This document shows, piece by piece, positions 57,705 to 58,323 of a stretch of DNA of 58,323 nucleotides. Both the position numbers and the translations under genes were made by a program. The first letter of the stretch is position 1, and every line of letters starts with the position of its first letter. The notes beneath the pieces are model-generated. The model did not search any database, had not been told where the DNA came from, and worked only from the letters and a program-made list of their open reading frames with translations. Origin of the DNA: Halanaerobiales bacterium (lineage in GTDB: Bacteria > Bacillota > Halanaerobiia > Halanaerobiales > M55B127); assembly GCA_046482435.1 (NCBI GenBank), contig JAWOEZ010000004.1, positions 1 through 58,323 on the forward strand, in the 5' to 3' direction.

Positions 57705-58104
57705 ATTAGTCACCTTGCTTTTCAATATAGTGATAGTTTAAAAGAAGTTTTGGATGTCTTGTACTTTTACGGTTAGTTAGCATTTATAAACATTTATTTC
57801 CAATTATTAACAATATTATATTATGATAAAGGTATTTGGACAAGAAGTGTATAGTATAAATAATTTTAATTTTCAAGTCGACTAAAAATTAAAATAGCCA
57901 ATTCATTACTGCCTATTAACATAGGCGAGGTTTTCTCGGCTATATACTGTAAGAAAAGCGGTCTAATCTGGAATTAATTGATGGAGTAGAATTAAGCAAG
58001 ATAGCAGAATTTATTCAAGGGGTCCTGAAAGCTGACAAAGTAATTAATTTTTAGATTATTATATGTTATTTAGCAGAGTTATTAAGTAAAAGAGGAGGTT
58101 AATT

Positions 58105-58323
58105 ATGGGTGAGAGGTATAAAGATCAAAAGTGGAAAAAAGCAATGAGAGTCAGAGTAGATGTCAACAATATGTTTGAAGAATATATAGGTAAAGAACAT
58201 GGAATTAAATTAAAAGAAGTAGATGGAATGGCAGGGCCAATAAAAAAAGCCCATCAAAATATTAATAGGCAGTATGATAAGGGTGAACTAGGTTTTATTG
58301 ATTTACCGGACTCACAAGAAGAA
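58105..58323 (+). CDS. pgi: Glucose-6-phosphate isomerase, N-terminal part (runs off the window)
   Basis: SD GAGGAGG. Open frame ...VDVNNMF..YIGKEHGI...KKAH...GELGFIDLP, matching the LG(W/F).DLP motif. Confidence 0.6.
   Translation, partial: MGERYKDQKWKKAMRVRVDVNNMFEEYIGKEHGIKLKEVDGMAGPIKKAHQNINRQYDKGELGFIDLPDSQEE

Larger units (their letters stand above)
56659..57945 (-). mobile_element. Non-autonomous IS200/IS605 (IS1341-like) element with a dead tnpB
   Basis: Minus-strand right end GAATCCTCGTTCG...CGGACGGGGAGAATGTCAA ends in TCAA at 56659. Left-end-like hairpin at 57894-57943 (ATAGCC/GGCTAT flanking GCCTAT-TAAC-ATAGGC). No tnpA. The left boundary is approximate. Confidence 0.75.

Overview
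AT-rich chromosomal window from an anaerobic Firmicute, probably Halanaerobiales-like. That assignment is an inference from acidic proteins and from substrate-binding proteins with cleavable, non-lipoprotein signal peptides. From left to right: (1) the right end of a decayed IS200/IS605 tnpB element inside a dead xanthine-permease gene; (2) a ~15 kb purine-catabolism operon with two xanthine-dehydrogenase-family Mo-hydroxylases (one with a split Mo subunit), two amidohydrolases including SsnA, an NTPase, a PreA/DHODH-like Fe-S flavoprotein, adenine deaminase and an AzgA-type permease; (3) mocA, a truncated modE and a ModE-box-preceded class III ABC binding protein plus ATPase with no permease, then azlCD and ltaE; (4) a BMP nucleoside ABC transporter, psuG with a PfkB kinase, phoU, hydA, a candidate Rex-controlled sRNA, a LonC-like protease, nagA and hsp20; (5) a ~17 kb lysine-fermentation locus (hbd, crt, CoA-transferase, kamA, Orr-like racemase, YtcJ-like amidohydrolase, sigma54 activator, LysO-family transporter, kamB, kamD, kamE, kal, kce, kdd) with three sigma54 promoters and only one recognisable enhancer; (6) oxidative-stress and repair genes and a diguanylate cyclase; (7) a second dead IS605-type tnpB element inside an iscS/nifS remnant, with a well-preserved omega-RNA region carrying a 49-bp tandem duplication; (8) the start of pgi. 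I found no rRNA, tRNA or true CRISPR array. All calls come from reading motifs by eye, with no database searches.
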